Shown: positions 42,401-52,863, counted from the first letter of the stretch. The stretch: DNA of 64,000 nucleotides from Paraspadella gotoi (GCA_051294375.1 CM119267.1:14129694-14193693), one strand, 5' to 3'. Notes: generated by a model not told the origin, from the sequence alone. Numbers and translations: made by a program.

Positions 42401-45049
42401 AAATTTATTTTGAATGGAATTTGCTTATTTTATTTTATTTTTATTTTTGAAAGAAGAAAAAACAGAGGTGATGGAAAGTTTAGGTCAGCCATCAAAGTGC
42501 TGGGTGCGAGTTTTTCTAAAAAATGTGGAAGAATTGAAAATTTTGTCGCTGGAAAATGTAACAATTTCTTCCAACTTTGGGGGCGGTATTCTTAGTAATA
42601 ATCTCTTTTTTAACATTGTTTACTATATTTAGATCGTCGCATAACTTTGTTTGAGTCTTCAATTTGTTGAGTTTTTAAAAACTCAGGAGGGACTTATTTA
42701 TCTTTTCATACATCCATTATATATGGAGTTAAATATTATTAAATCGAATTTAAATCCAGCATCGCTGTTCTCTGAACTTAACCGTCACTTTGTTCTATTC
42801 GCAGAATTTTTACGTTCAAAAACTTTCACTTTTAAATCACTGTAAAGGCAAGTCTTTATCCACACGATTCAAACTTTAATAGGAATCATTTCAATCTGAG
42901 AGACAAACTTTTGTTTATTTTTATTTCGTTTTCAAATGATCTTCCGAAAAATCGGTTCTTCTACGCATGCGTGTTCCACGTATTCGAATTTCACGGCTCA
43001 GCCTTTTTTTGGTTGATGCTTGAAGTTTTTTTTTATTTCTGTTTATATTCTTTTTTTTATTGTTGTCACGAGAGCCTTCCTTTATGTAAGTTCGGCTGCA
43101 AACGAACCAATCTGTGTTAGCAAAACTAATACACTAGTTTTCACCCACCCACCCATTTTATTTCCTCTTTTTTTAATTCATTGATTATTTTTTCTTTATT
43201 ATTTCTGGTTATTCTGGTACCCTGAAAAACTTGGTCGACGACTTCTGCCATAGTTTATTTAAAAAAAAATAAATTCAGCGATATTCCATTCATTATAAAT
43301 TACACTCGTACTGCAATGATACAATGGTACTCTATATCTGAGCAATTAATAATTAAGTAAAAATTTAAATGCTCGGATTAATTATAATAAGCACAGAGTA
43401 CAAAATGAAAGCAATCTTTCTTACAAGAGTGTTTTCGAGCAAGTGCTCTCTTGAATGACACAACAATTGCTTCAAGATGATTCAAGATAATTATTCTCCC
43501 GCATTGCGTGGGTGATATTACATTTTTAGCGCTTAAACAAGAATATAAATCTTAAGATATATTTAAAATTAGATATTTATTTTTGGAAATTAATGCCTTT
43601 TTTGGTGCTAGAGTATTCGGCATCTTGATGCATGTTTTTTAGAATAGTCGGTCACGTTTTCTTTTTGAGCGATTCTTATTTTACTAATAAACATGTACAA
43701 ATAGAAATTATATTTATAGATTTTAATTTTTTTTCGCCACTAGATGACGTGACCGACGAAAAGAAACCAAAATCAACGAATTTAAATTTTTATAATTTTT
43801 TTTCTAAAAAAAAATTTAAAAAAAGGTTGTCATTCATCCACCGACACGCTTCGTGTACTTTCGTTTTCATTGCAGTGATCAGAGAAATGTCTTCAGAAAT
43901 GCAGTCGTCAGCCGGTGGTGGCCATGGCGGCATGGGCGGCATGAGCGGTGGTGGATCCTACGGGGGCGGCTCCTCTTCGTCCTCTTCTTACTCTTACTCC
44001 AAGAAAACCGTGTCATCCAGCTCTATGATTCAGTAGACGACAGGGAACGATTTTGTGATTCGCTAGATAATCTAGGTTGGGCGGGGAGATTTAGTGATCT
44101 ACGAAAATGTCGGGCGAAGCCTTTCTGGTTTTTTTGGGGGGCTTTTTTTTCTTACAAAGTTTAAAACATATTTAAATAACGCGGTTCAGAGATTTTGAGG
44201 GTAAACAAAACGATCGATACGCAGAGACGGTAAAAAAAATAATTTTGTTTTCGTGTATTTGTTTTTTTACTTCATTCTTCATTATTTTTTTTTATATTCA
44301 TTTTAGTCTCTTTTCGAGCTCCGCTATGTGTGTAAACTAATTGGTGGCTGAATTATAAACAAATTAGTCTACTGAAGGGAAACGAGTATTTTTCGATGCC
44401 CCACTCATCGAAAAAATGCTTCGTTCCCTTCAAAAAAAAAATACAAACAAAAAACAAACAAAATGCTTAAGAACATTGTCGCTTACCAACACATGGCATG
44501 TCCACTATTTTAATTGTAACAAATAGTTTTTTTACGCTTTTCAAACTTATAGATGCCAGTAAAATCGTCTATAATGTCAATCTTTTCAAAGTACTACTTT
44601 TTTAAAAAAATAAATACAACGCTTTGTACAAAAAAATTGCTTGTACCAAACGTCATCGCTCATTCCACAAAAAAATTTAATTCGAGACGGCAAAACACAA
44701 TAATTTTTTCTCTTTTTACCCTAAATTCTCACCGATTTTAAGTCTTATTTTTTTGTGACACTCGTGCGGCAGGAAAATTAGGATTTTAAATTGGTGTTCC
44801 GCTTATATTTTTTATGAGGCTCCAAGCGAATTAAAAATCACGATTGTGATATGAATTTTTTTTCCTCTCTCTCTATCATGTACACAATTTTTTTTCATCG
44901 ATTTAAAAGCGTTTGATCACATAAGAAGCACAAACAAAAGAACAATGGAAACTTCCAAACTGAAAAAGGGAAAAAAACATTTGGTTTTTATAGACTCGCG
45001 TACGTCATGAATCCATTTGCTTTTCTCTTTATAGTGACCATCTCCTAAG

Positions 45050-45107
<58 letters not shown>

Positions 45108-48100
45108 TCTAAACCTTTATTCTCTCTCCCTCTGTCCTCTATCTCGTCACGTAATTAATTTGAAATATAAACACATTTTTTTTGCGGTCTACAGTGGAAC
45201 GGGAAGACTCTGCTCGCACCGTTTCATTAAAAGACTTTCAGTAGTGTTACTCTAGTCTCAGTAGCTGATTTAGACGGACTCGGATCGGCCCTCGTAGTAG
45301 TGACGCCGTTTACCACGACGACGGTCACGAGCAACAGTCCGACACCCCCCTTCCTCCGAATTCCCCGCACTCTTGGACCTGACCCCATCCAGATCCGGGG
45401 AGACCCGGGCCTGACCTGACCCAGACGAACTACCCGTGAGGCAGACCTGCTCAACACAGATGCGAAACGTCGAATTCCATCGCCGAAAAACAAACTTCCA
45501 TATATAAAATTCGCATTCTTAGATTATTTTATTTAGAATAATATTTGGCAAAAAAAGTAGACCGAAGTCTGGAAATGCAATTATCAAAAGTAGAATTTTT
45601 TAGATTAATACGGCAATTAGTGAGAAAAAAAATTATTAGTAGAAAAAGAAGAGAGGGAGAGAAAAAACGTGAAAAAACGACGAAAGAAAAATATTTCCTT
45701 TCTTAAATCTGACACGAACTTCGTCTTTACACGCTGTCTCTCTCTCATAATAGACTCCTATTTTAATTAGAATAAATTTGACAACAAATAGAAAGAACAT
45801 CATTGCATGGACTCATAATTCTAGAGTTGCTGCTTGTTAAAGTCCTTTCTAGAAGGAGCGAAAGTACTTCTGTATGAATTAGTTTGTTTTCATTTGATTT
45901 TTAAAACAGGTCAACCTTTGTCTGTTTGTGGTTCAAGAGTTGTGACTTTTTCTTCCAAACGACTTTTTTGAGTTTACGATTTCCATTTAATTTTCTTGGT
46001 GGATCTCACATCTAACGCTCTCACTCTTCTTGTATCTCTCTCTTTCTCTATCTCTCTCTCTCTGTCTATCCGAATTAATTAGAATATATGCTTTTTAGAC
46101 TGACCAATCAGAATTTTTTTTCTCTTATTACCATTTAATTGCTTAAAAAGAGATGGTCCACTAGAGTTCCCTTTAATGTTATTATCCAAGAGCCTTGCGG
46201 TTCTCTTGAAGGAAATTATAAATTTATTTTGATTGGTTTAGTTGGATGAAAGCATGAATATTTTAGAATAATGTAAATTGTACCATAGTTGTACTCAGTT
46301 TTGGTTGGGTAACATGGGTTTTTTAGCTTTTGAATTTGAATGCAAGATTGGTTGCAACGGTTGCTTTCAATGCATTTGGCTCCCTAACGAATCTCACTGT
46401 ATTCTTTTCCATCCTTTACTCGAAACGCACGGCTAAAACAGCACACTAGTATTAAAAATCAAGAGAGAATTTAAAATTTCGTTCTAACAAATCTTATGTG
46501 ATCTTTCGCAAAACGAAGAAGCAAGGAAAATATTACTATAGAAATAACCCGTTTGTGCCTGTATTTTTACCGCAATTAAATTGTTACTTTATTACTTTCA
46601 TTAGCAAATTCATTTATCGTGTTATTCACAATAGAATAAAAGCTTGGTGCTACTATCCATCAAAATTTTGTGACTTATTTTTTTGGTTTTATTTTTGACT
46701 ACGAAATCTTTGGCATTCTTTTGAGTTCCATAACGGCTCCACACACATAAGTTGCACTAAGTTATTTTGCTTTCGGGATTTTATTTTTGCACAGATATTC
46801 AACCTTTTTTTCACAAAGGGAAATGCTTGAATAAAATTTTAACTGAAAGGGTTTTTTTAAACATCAGTTCGCAGAAAAAAGCTAGAGCTCGCATCGTACA
46901 TGAAGCACAGATTTATGTTCATTAAACTTCATATATATTTGAAATTAAAGTATTCCAGCTCAAATATATTAAAACTCACTTTAATTTATTAATTTTGAAT
47001 TCTTTTTTAAAAAATTCAGTTGCACGTCAAACAGAGCACAATTTTAAAAATTAATTTATTTTTTAAATTTTTTTCTCCTCAAATTAATGCACAAAACTCG
47101 CACCGTTTTTGTTCAAAAGCGAAGAAAAAACAGAATAAAGGAAAGGAGGAAAGGAAGCAGGAAACCTCAGCTAATTACGTACCGAATTTTCTGCTCGTCC
47201 CCGATTCAACGGATTTATAACCAAGAAAAAATCGCTATATATCTTTTTTTACAGCGAGTCGGTGCGCTGAGAATGATATTATTATTATTATTATATTATT
47301 CTCTCCCCATTACATTATAAAAAAATATACTTTATATTAGGAATATAATTAAATCTAATATATAGAGAAATTAATTAATTTTTTACATTTTTTTTTAAAT
47401 TTTAATAAAAAAATTAAAAATTTAAAACAAGTAATCTTGCAATTTTCCATTAATTAATTTTTTTTTATTCATTTCGTTATCGCTATAAACTTTGGAAATC
47501 AGGATCAAGTGAGTATGGCGAAATGTGACGACGGATTATGCCCGAGGATTCGCCTATTTATAGTCTTTTTTCTATGTTTGTTTTCTTAAAAATAATGTTA
47601 TCAGTTCTCATTTAAAACCTTTAGACATAACCACTCTTAATTTTCTCTTTTTCTAAAATTGTAAACGAAAACAAAGCTTCGAAAGAAAACAAAAACCGGG
47701 AGAAAGTTGTGATACGGCTCCGACGCCCGCAGGGGGCGCGGGCTACAGAGCGATCTCAGCTCAGAGTAGAAGATTACTCCAAGCATTTGGAGGTAGTTCC
47801 GTCGGCAGGTATCTTTTGAACGCCTCTCCCCTTAACATCATTTCCGCGTTTTCCTTTCGCGGTATTTTTTTTCTCTCTTTCTTATAAAACCTGCCGGCGT
47901 TACATTACATTATGCATACTAGATTGTTTTTAAATTAACCTAAATGTTTTTTAATTTATTTTATTTTAATATTAATATAATGCTTGTATCTCGCACCAAA
48001 CTTGCACACTATTTTTTTGCCCATTATTTTTCTGATGTATGTACATAGTATGAAAAATTGAACTTTTTTAATTTTGAATTTATTGCTCAAGTCCCAAGTA

Positions 48101-50900
48101 AAGCGTTAAACATCCGATTTAAACTGTTATATAAGTACAATTTCATAGAACACAAATATAACAACAAACTTAAATCCGGCACGCACTCTGTTTTAATGCT
48201 TATTTTATTTCAAAATAAAGCAGTTTCTTTTTTAAAAAATTGTTCTTATAAAACAAAATATAACACTATTTTCTTTGCAACCTATCTGTGCTACATGTAG
48301 TCGCGTCCATGAGTCAAAAAGATTAGAAAAGAGAGTCAGCTCAGAAAATTGAATAGTATTGAGAGTCGGGGGCAGGGATTCGAGCTAACGGTTGTTTGGG
48401 GTCTCTCTCATTGCACGTCCTGGGAATTCCGCTTTTTCGCTACGACCGCCTTCGCACCAAGCTGGGTAGGTGAACTATGGTGAAAACTATGTACGGCATG
48501 TCAACAAGACCAGGACCCTTCTCTTTAAAATATACTTGAAATATATGAAAAATTAAAGAAACGAGTAGTTAATGAATGAACTGTAACTTTGTTTAAAGAC
48601 ATCTGACGGAGCACTGCACATTTTGCCACTTTCATAACAATGATTTTTTTTTCTTCACCACAGTGACGGTGACGCGAAGCGAAATGTCCGCCAAGACGAC
48701 CTACCAAAGGTCAGCGAAGGGACCCATCTCGATCACGGAGTGCTCTCCGGACGGCAAATACATTTGTCTTGAAAACACAAACAAGAGCAAGGTGAGCGCT
48801 TTTTTTTTTATACCTGAGCTTGTTAAATAACACTCCGCTTCTGTTCTGCTAGTAAATATGACGAGTTTGAACAATGAAGTTTATGGCCTATTTATTCCTG
48901 ATAGATTTTTCCTTAATAAGGACCTTATCCGTTTTTTTACCATGAGAACTTCAATACCGGATATTCCCACTTAAACCTTTGGCGCCTCCTTATTTATGTT
49001 TTAAGGAATCTTAAATTTTTGTGTGCATTCCACGAGCTGGCTAGTATTGAAAAAAAGATTTGAAATCGTTTGAAAACCGGAAATCATGCAAACAATTTCA
49101 AAAATTATTTTTTTTATATTTTTATTGATTCTTTTTAAATGAAACTTGTAGTCAGGAAATAAGGTAAGATAATATTTTTGAGGCTGCATTATTGCAGACT
49201 ACAGCACTGCTGCATCAGCAATGAACATGCGGCATATTCTTTCTTCTATGACTGCCAGATTATCTACATTTAGAAACTATCAAGTTTTCACTATCACTTT
49301 CTTACATTATTATTATTTAGACGATGATATTAATTTTACATTCTTGCAAATATCATCGTTAGATTGGAATGAGAACATCCAAGCATTGAGCAAATAAAGT
49401 ATGAAGAATTGTATATTTTAAAAGTTTGCCCAATGCTTTGTTTTAACTTTTTCAAGGGTAAAATTGTAATGTTTTGTAATATTTTATGACAACCTATTAA
49501 GGAGCCTAAGTAAGCAAAAATTGGTATGATGTTCAGATGTATTCAAGTCCCATAACTTTAAATAGGCTCTCTCTCTCCCTATTTGACTTTTTTTGTACTT
49601 CATATTAAGTAAATATTTTTCCATTAAATGCATCTCTACTATACAAATATCGCATGTTCTCCCTCTCTATAACTTTACGATATCAACATTTTCAACAGTC
49701 GGTCAGTGTAAAATAATTTTTATTTTCTTGTCAGCAAACTACCAAATGATAACCATAGTACCGATTACAACAGTTAATATGAAATATTGAACCAAAGCTC
49801 CTTTTATAGTTGGGAATCTAATTTATATTTTCAATTTAAACTCATTTTCCCAAAAAATTTGACATATTCTTATTCAAAAGGAAAAAAAATACAAAAACTG
49901 ATTCTTGTCTTTGAAATTTGTCACCCGAACTCCACCAATTTTTAACAAACGATCTCAGTTCAAAAAAAAAAATTCACTTACTTGCAATCGCTCATCAATG
50001 GTATCCTTTGGTGTCCTTAAATATCACGGTCGACAGTTCGCAATTTCAAGAATCAGGATTCACAACAAAAAAAGAGTCGCGAGTCAAAAAACGGCGACGC
50101 TACTTTCCGAGTTTTGTTGAGTTGGAATTTTAACTATTTTGAACTTTTCCCTCCTACCCTCTCCCGCTATTTCTTTCCCACACCTCCACTGTCCCCCTCT
50201 CCTCCCTCTCCTACCCTCCACCCTTAAAAATAATAATAATAAAAAAAAACAGGACCAGAACATGACGGACTGGGTTATCAAACGGACGGTCGACAACAGC
50301 AAAGATCCCTTCATTTTCCGATTCCCCAAAGGCTTCATTCTCAAGGGCGGGAACGAAAACAATAGCGTCAAGGTGAGAAAGACGACGAAGACAAAGATTA
50401 AGATTAGTAATCATAAGTCACATTTGTAACCTAAATACAATTATAGAACATATTTTTCATAAAACAAAAATACATATACCGATAAGTAGTCTTAACAATT
50501 TTTGATTTCCTTCGTTTTCATAATTTATCTACTTCCTCTTTCCTTCCCTTTTCTTTTTTCTTTCCTTCCTTTCCTTCCAGATTTGGGCGAAGAACACGGG
50601 CGGGGTTCACAAACCTCCGGAGCAACTCGTCTGGAACGAAGAGGAGAGCTGGGGCGTCGGCTCCAACATCATCACCACACTCTCCAACGACAAGGGCGAC
50701 GTGAGTCACTTTTGTTTCTCAATCAAAGTTTTCTCGAATTGCATCGTCTCGTCTGCCCGAGCTCAAATTTTAGTTTTCTTCTTTGTGTGATTCCCGAATT
50801 GTGAAATATTTATGTAAATTGGTAACAACGAAATAAATGTTCTTTTTTCTTTAGGAAAAAGCGACGCACATCCAAAAGACGATCTACGAAAACGCTTTGA
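18576..50900 (+). CDS. Protostome-type cytoplasmic intermediate filament protein gene with lamin tail domain (5' exon missing; internal exons present in several assembly copies)
   Basis: Phase-consistent exons: 18576-18762, 19731-19838, 19929-20075, 21608-21785, 22136-22299, 22779-22864 (=39959-40044), then 48664-48791, 50253-50372, 50581-50700, 50855-~50900. Heptad coiled coil, IF rod-end motif MDSKLALDAEICTYRRLLQGEEHR, and lamin-tail-domain motifs (YQRSAKGPISITECSPDGKYICLEN, WVIKRTVD, IWA, WGVG, EKATHIQKTIY). Confidence 0.93.
19731..19838 (+). CDS. IF exon, end of coil 1B (SADAEIVARIELESMCQSKDDELNFLRNMYEEKIRQ)
   Basis: Acceptor aatcag, donor gtgagg, 108 nt; matches the IF pattern E-x-x-x-R-x-x-LE...EL-x-FL. 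Confidence 0.92.
19929..20075 (+). CDS. IF exon, linker L12/coil 2A (LMDMNFDSEDYRAMFSNELALALRDIRAEYDAILEAQKGADNDSWYKAK)
   Basis: Acceptor ccgcag, donor gtgagg, 147 nt; ALRDIRAEYD...SWYK is typical of invertebrate IFs. Confidence 0.94.
21608..21785 (+). CDS. IF exon, coil 2 (consensus of copies: FNEMMMTSQRSCNELAGAKDEVKKARAKYAELQKEIMALRAQNAALEERIAALEAELDEQ)
   Basis: Acceptor directly after (CT)n, donor gtgggt. This copy has indels; copies at 29588-29765, 36335-36468 (partial) and 37563-37741 (minus) carry different indels and give an open consensus. Confidence 0.88.
22136..22299 (+). CDS. IF exon, rod end (consensus AKMHREQINERDAEIEKLRAQLAAQILELKELMDSKLALDAEICTYRRLLQGEEHR)
   Basis: Acceptor ccgcag, phase-2 donor gtgggt; IF signature motif. 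Copies at 30102-30268 and 37050-37216 (minus). Confidence 0.93.
22779..22864 (+). CDS. IF exon, rod-to-tail linker (LKDHMSGQVTVQGSSSSASATAGGASQQ)
   Basis: 86 nt, phase 2 to 1, donor gtaagt; same sequence at 39959-40044, indel copy at 30752-30837. Confidence 0.88.
36700..39820 (-). repeat. Inverted, noisy copy of ~20085-22647 containing two IF exons on the minus strand
   Basis: Reverse complement carries the KLALDAEICTYRRLL exon (37050-37216) and the MMMTSQRSCNEL exon (37563-37741); identity decays strongly over ~38050-39400. Confidence 0.92.
39959..40044 (+). CDS. IF rod-to-tail linker exon (copy contiguous with the unique downstream tail exons)
   Basis: Matches 22779-22864; gcgcag acceptor, gtaagt donor. 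Confidence 0.85.
43876..44036 (+). CDS. IF alternative terminal exon, Gly/Ser-rich short tail (VIREMSSEMQSSAGGGHGGMGGMSGGGSYGGGSSSSSSYSYSKKTVSSSSMIQ*)
   Basis: Acceptor ttttcattgcag in phase 1, compatible with the 40044 donor; GC-rich frame ending in TAG; frameshifted copies at 26669-26826 and 34603-34759. Confidence 0.78.
45195..45244 (+). CDS. Candidate second alternative terminal exon (VEREDSARTVSLKDFQ*)
   Basis: Acceptor ttttttttgcggtctacag, phase 1, opens a ~300-nt GC-rich island; AATAAA at 45771. Copies at 27978-28026 and 35894-35943. Confidence 0.4.
47677..47808 (+). CDS. Candidate phase 1-1 cassette exon (ASKENKNREKVVIRLRRPQGARATERSQLRVEDYSKHLEVVPSA)
   Basis: GC island in an AT-rich intron, 132 nt open frame, donor cag|gtatct; an alternative in-frame acceptor ctacag would start the exon at 47749. 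Confidence 0.4.
48664..48791 (+). CDS. IF lamin-tail-domain exon 1 (VTVTRSEMSAKTTYQRSAKGPISITECSPDGKYICLENTNKSK)
   Basis: Acceptor ccacag (phase 1), donor gtgagc, 128 nt. Confidence 0.93.
50253..50372 (+). CDS. IF lamin-tail-domain exon 2 (DQNMTDWVIKRTVDNSKDPFIFRFPKGFILKGGNENNSVK)
   Basis: Acceptor aacag, donor gtgaga, 120 nt; tail-domain motifs W-x-I-K-R and F-x-FP. Confidence 0.93.
50581..50700 (+). CDS. IF lamin-tail-domain exon 3 (IWAKNTGGVHKPPEQLVWNEEESWGVGSNIITTLSNDKGD)
   Basis: Acceptor ttccag, donor gtgagt, 120 nt; IWA...H-x-PP...LVW...WG-x-G motif. Confidence 0.94.
50855..50900 (+). CDS. IF last coding exon (EKATHIQKTIYENA..)
   Basis: Acceptor tctttag. The TGA at 50898-50900 is 1 nt out of frame beside a T run, so the exact stop is uncertain. 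Confidence 0.8.
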
Positions 50901-50917
50901 TTCTATTCTCTCTCTCT

Positions 50918-50983
<66 letters not shown>

Positions 50984-52823
50984 GCTTCTTCTCTCTCTCT
51001 CTCTCTCAAAGTCTAACCCGTCTAGCCTCGTCTCAACTCTCCCCGAAGAATTATCCTCATTTCCCAACCAAGGATCCGTTTTGCTGATTCGACGAAATTG
51101 AAAACAAGAATTTTTAAAAAGACTATTTCTAATATCATTAGTACGTATAGTTTTAAAAAAAGATTTGAGAAAAATTTCGAATAAGTATTGTCAAAAAAAA
51201 AACGCGGCTAAAGGTTTAATTTCCTCTCATCAAAGTCTGTAAATTCGATCGAATTATATGTGTATACGTATATGTACCAATAAGTATAACACATTATGTC
51301 GCTTCTACAATATAAACTTATATCATTAATTAAAAATAAAAAGGAAATTCAAAAAAATTCCCGACTGAATTTCAAGAAAAAAAAAACTATTCCGCTTTTT
51401 TTATCACTTTTCTCCCGAACGAGAAAAATATTTCTAAGCGGAGTAAAGAACCCTCTCTTATGTTATATCACGTCGTCTCATGTTATGTTACGAAGAGGAC
51501 GAAACAATTGACAGATTCTCAGTCATCAGTGCAAATGAGCTTTTTTTTAATTCCATATACAATACGTAGATTTTCCTCCCCTCGCCCTTCGTCTGGAGCC
51601 TTTTGCACTTTTGAACTTCTCTATTTTTTTTTATATATATATTATATATTTCTTCGTTTCTTTAGTTATTCGAATTTGTGGTCGCTATCTCTCTCATTTA
51701 TTTTTTTTTCAGTCTCTCACTTTTTCGTCAATATTAAAACATCAATCGCTTTTTTTTTTAATTTTTATCCATGATTGGACCGAAAAGTCAAAAGTACTTC
51801 ACTAAGACTACCAAAAGGAAGTGAGTACCGCTACTACAGGCTACGAAAACACAGTTCTATGGCAAGAAAGTGTTTGTTTATTTTTGTTACTAAACCGTTA
51901 GATCCCCCTCACTTTGTTGCTACGTGACTGATATTTGGTTCAGCATTTGGTAGCTTGCAACACTAAATTCACTGCCCTATGTAATATATCAACTATGTAA
52001 TCCTTTATCATGTATCAATTTTAAAGCTGTTGTGATAAGCTAAAACAGTATCCGTTTTACATACTTAGATTGCAAGCAGATATACTTTCTAATACAGTAT
52101 GTACAGTAAATTTTTTTTCGGGTACTATTTTTTTTCCTATTTTTTTTTAAACAGGAAATTTGAAAATAAATGTAACATATTCCGATTGCGACGACAAAAT
52201 ATATACATTTTTAAAAATATTTTTGGTTACGCAAGAATTTTTGTTTATATTTGGACGTAGACACATGTAATTGATATAGATAGTACTGTGATATAAAAAT
52301 GTAACAAAAAAAAATAAAACAAATTACATTGCTAATTACATTGCATCGCCTTGAATTTGAACGTAACGAAAACGAGAAAGTCAAAACGTAAGACAGCTAG
52401 CCATTATTTAAGAAATCTATTTGTTCAGTTGGTTATATTTAGTTATATTTCAAGTTATATCTCGTGTCATATCACGAAGCTCTTCGGTGTTTGGCCGTCG
52501 ACACGTCTTCCGAGTTGAACGACGGAAGGTGTAACTCGGACGATTTGGGAAAAGAAAGTAATCAAGATGACATTTAGTGTCGGGGCGTCGACCTGGAAAT
52601 ACCGTGAAAGTCATAAGCGGACTCTTTTGCGGGATCCTTTGCGGATTCGCGGAAAAGTCCCGATTGATTGCCTTGAGGTCAATTAGTTTCCTAATTAGTC
52701 GGGGGAGTCAGACAGTGGGGTCGTTTGACGAAGGCGTTGGATTAAACAAATTCAAAGACAAACCAGAAAAAAAATAACAAGAAAAAGAGGAAAGAAAAAA
52801 TAGGAAGGAAAGAAAAAACGAAA

Positions 52824-52863
<40 letters not shown>

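Larger units (their letters stand above)
20838..46022 (+). repeat. Multi-copy block: 20838-28801; 28827-~36300; 36335-36674; forward copy ~39823-46022 (matches 22646-28801)
   Basis: Collinear near-identical intron and exon sequence; 25-N gaps at 28802-28826, 36310-36334 and 36675-36699. Confidence 0.95.

Noticed and set aside
11039-46022. Real tandem array of duplicated IF exons (Dscam-like mutually exclusive splicing) or an IF paralogue cluster
   Set aside because: Introns are as similar as exons, differences are random indels, and junctions sit at 25-N gaps; this fits assembly error rather than divergence.
47255-47261. tttttttacag|cgagtcg|gtgcgc microexon
   Set aside because: Seven nt breaks the frame and the donor is mediocre; not supportable without reads.
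18576-50900. Nuclear lamin gene
   Set aside because: No basic NLS after the rod and no CaaX ending; the ATHIQKTIY terminus is the cytoplasmic protostome type.
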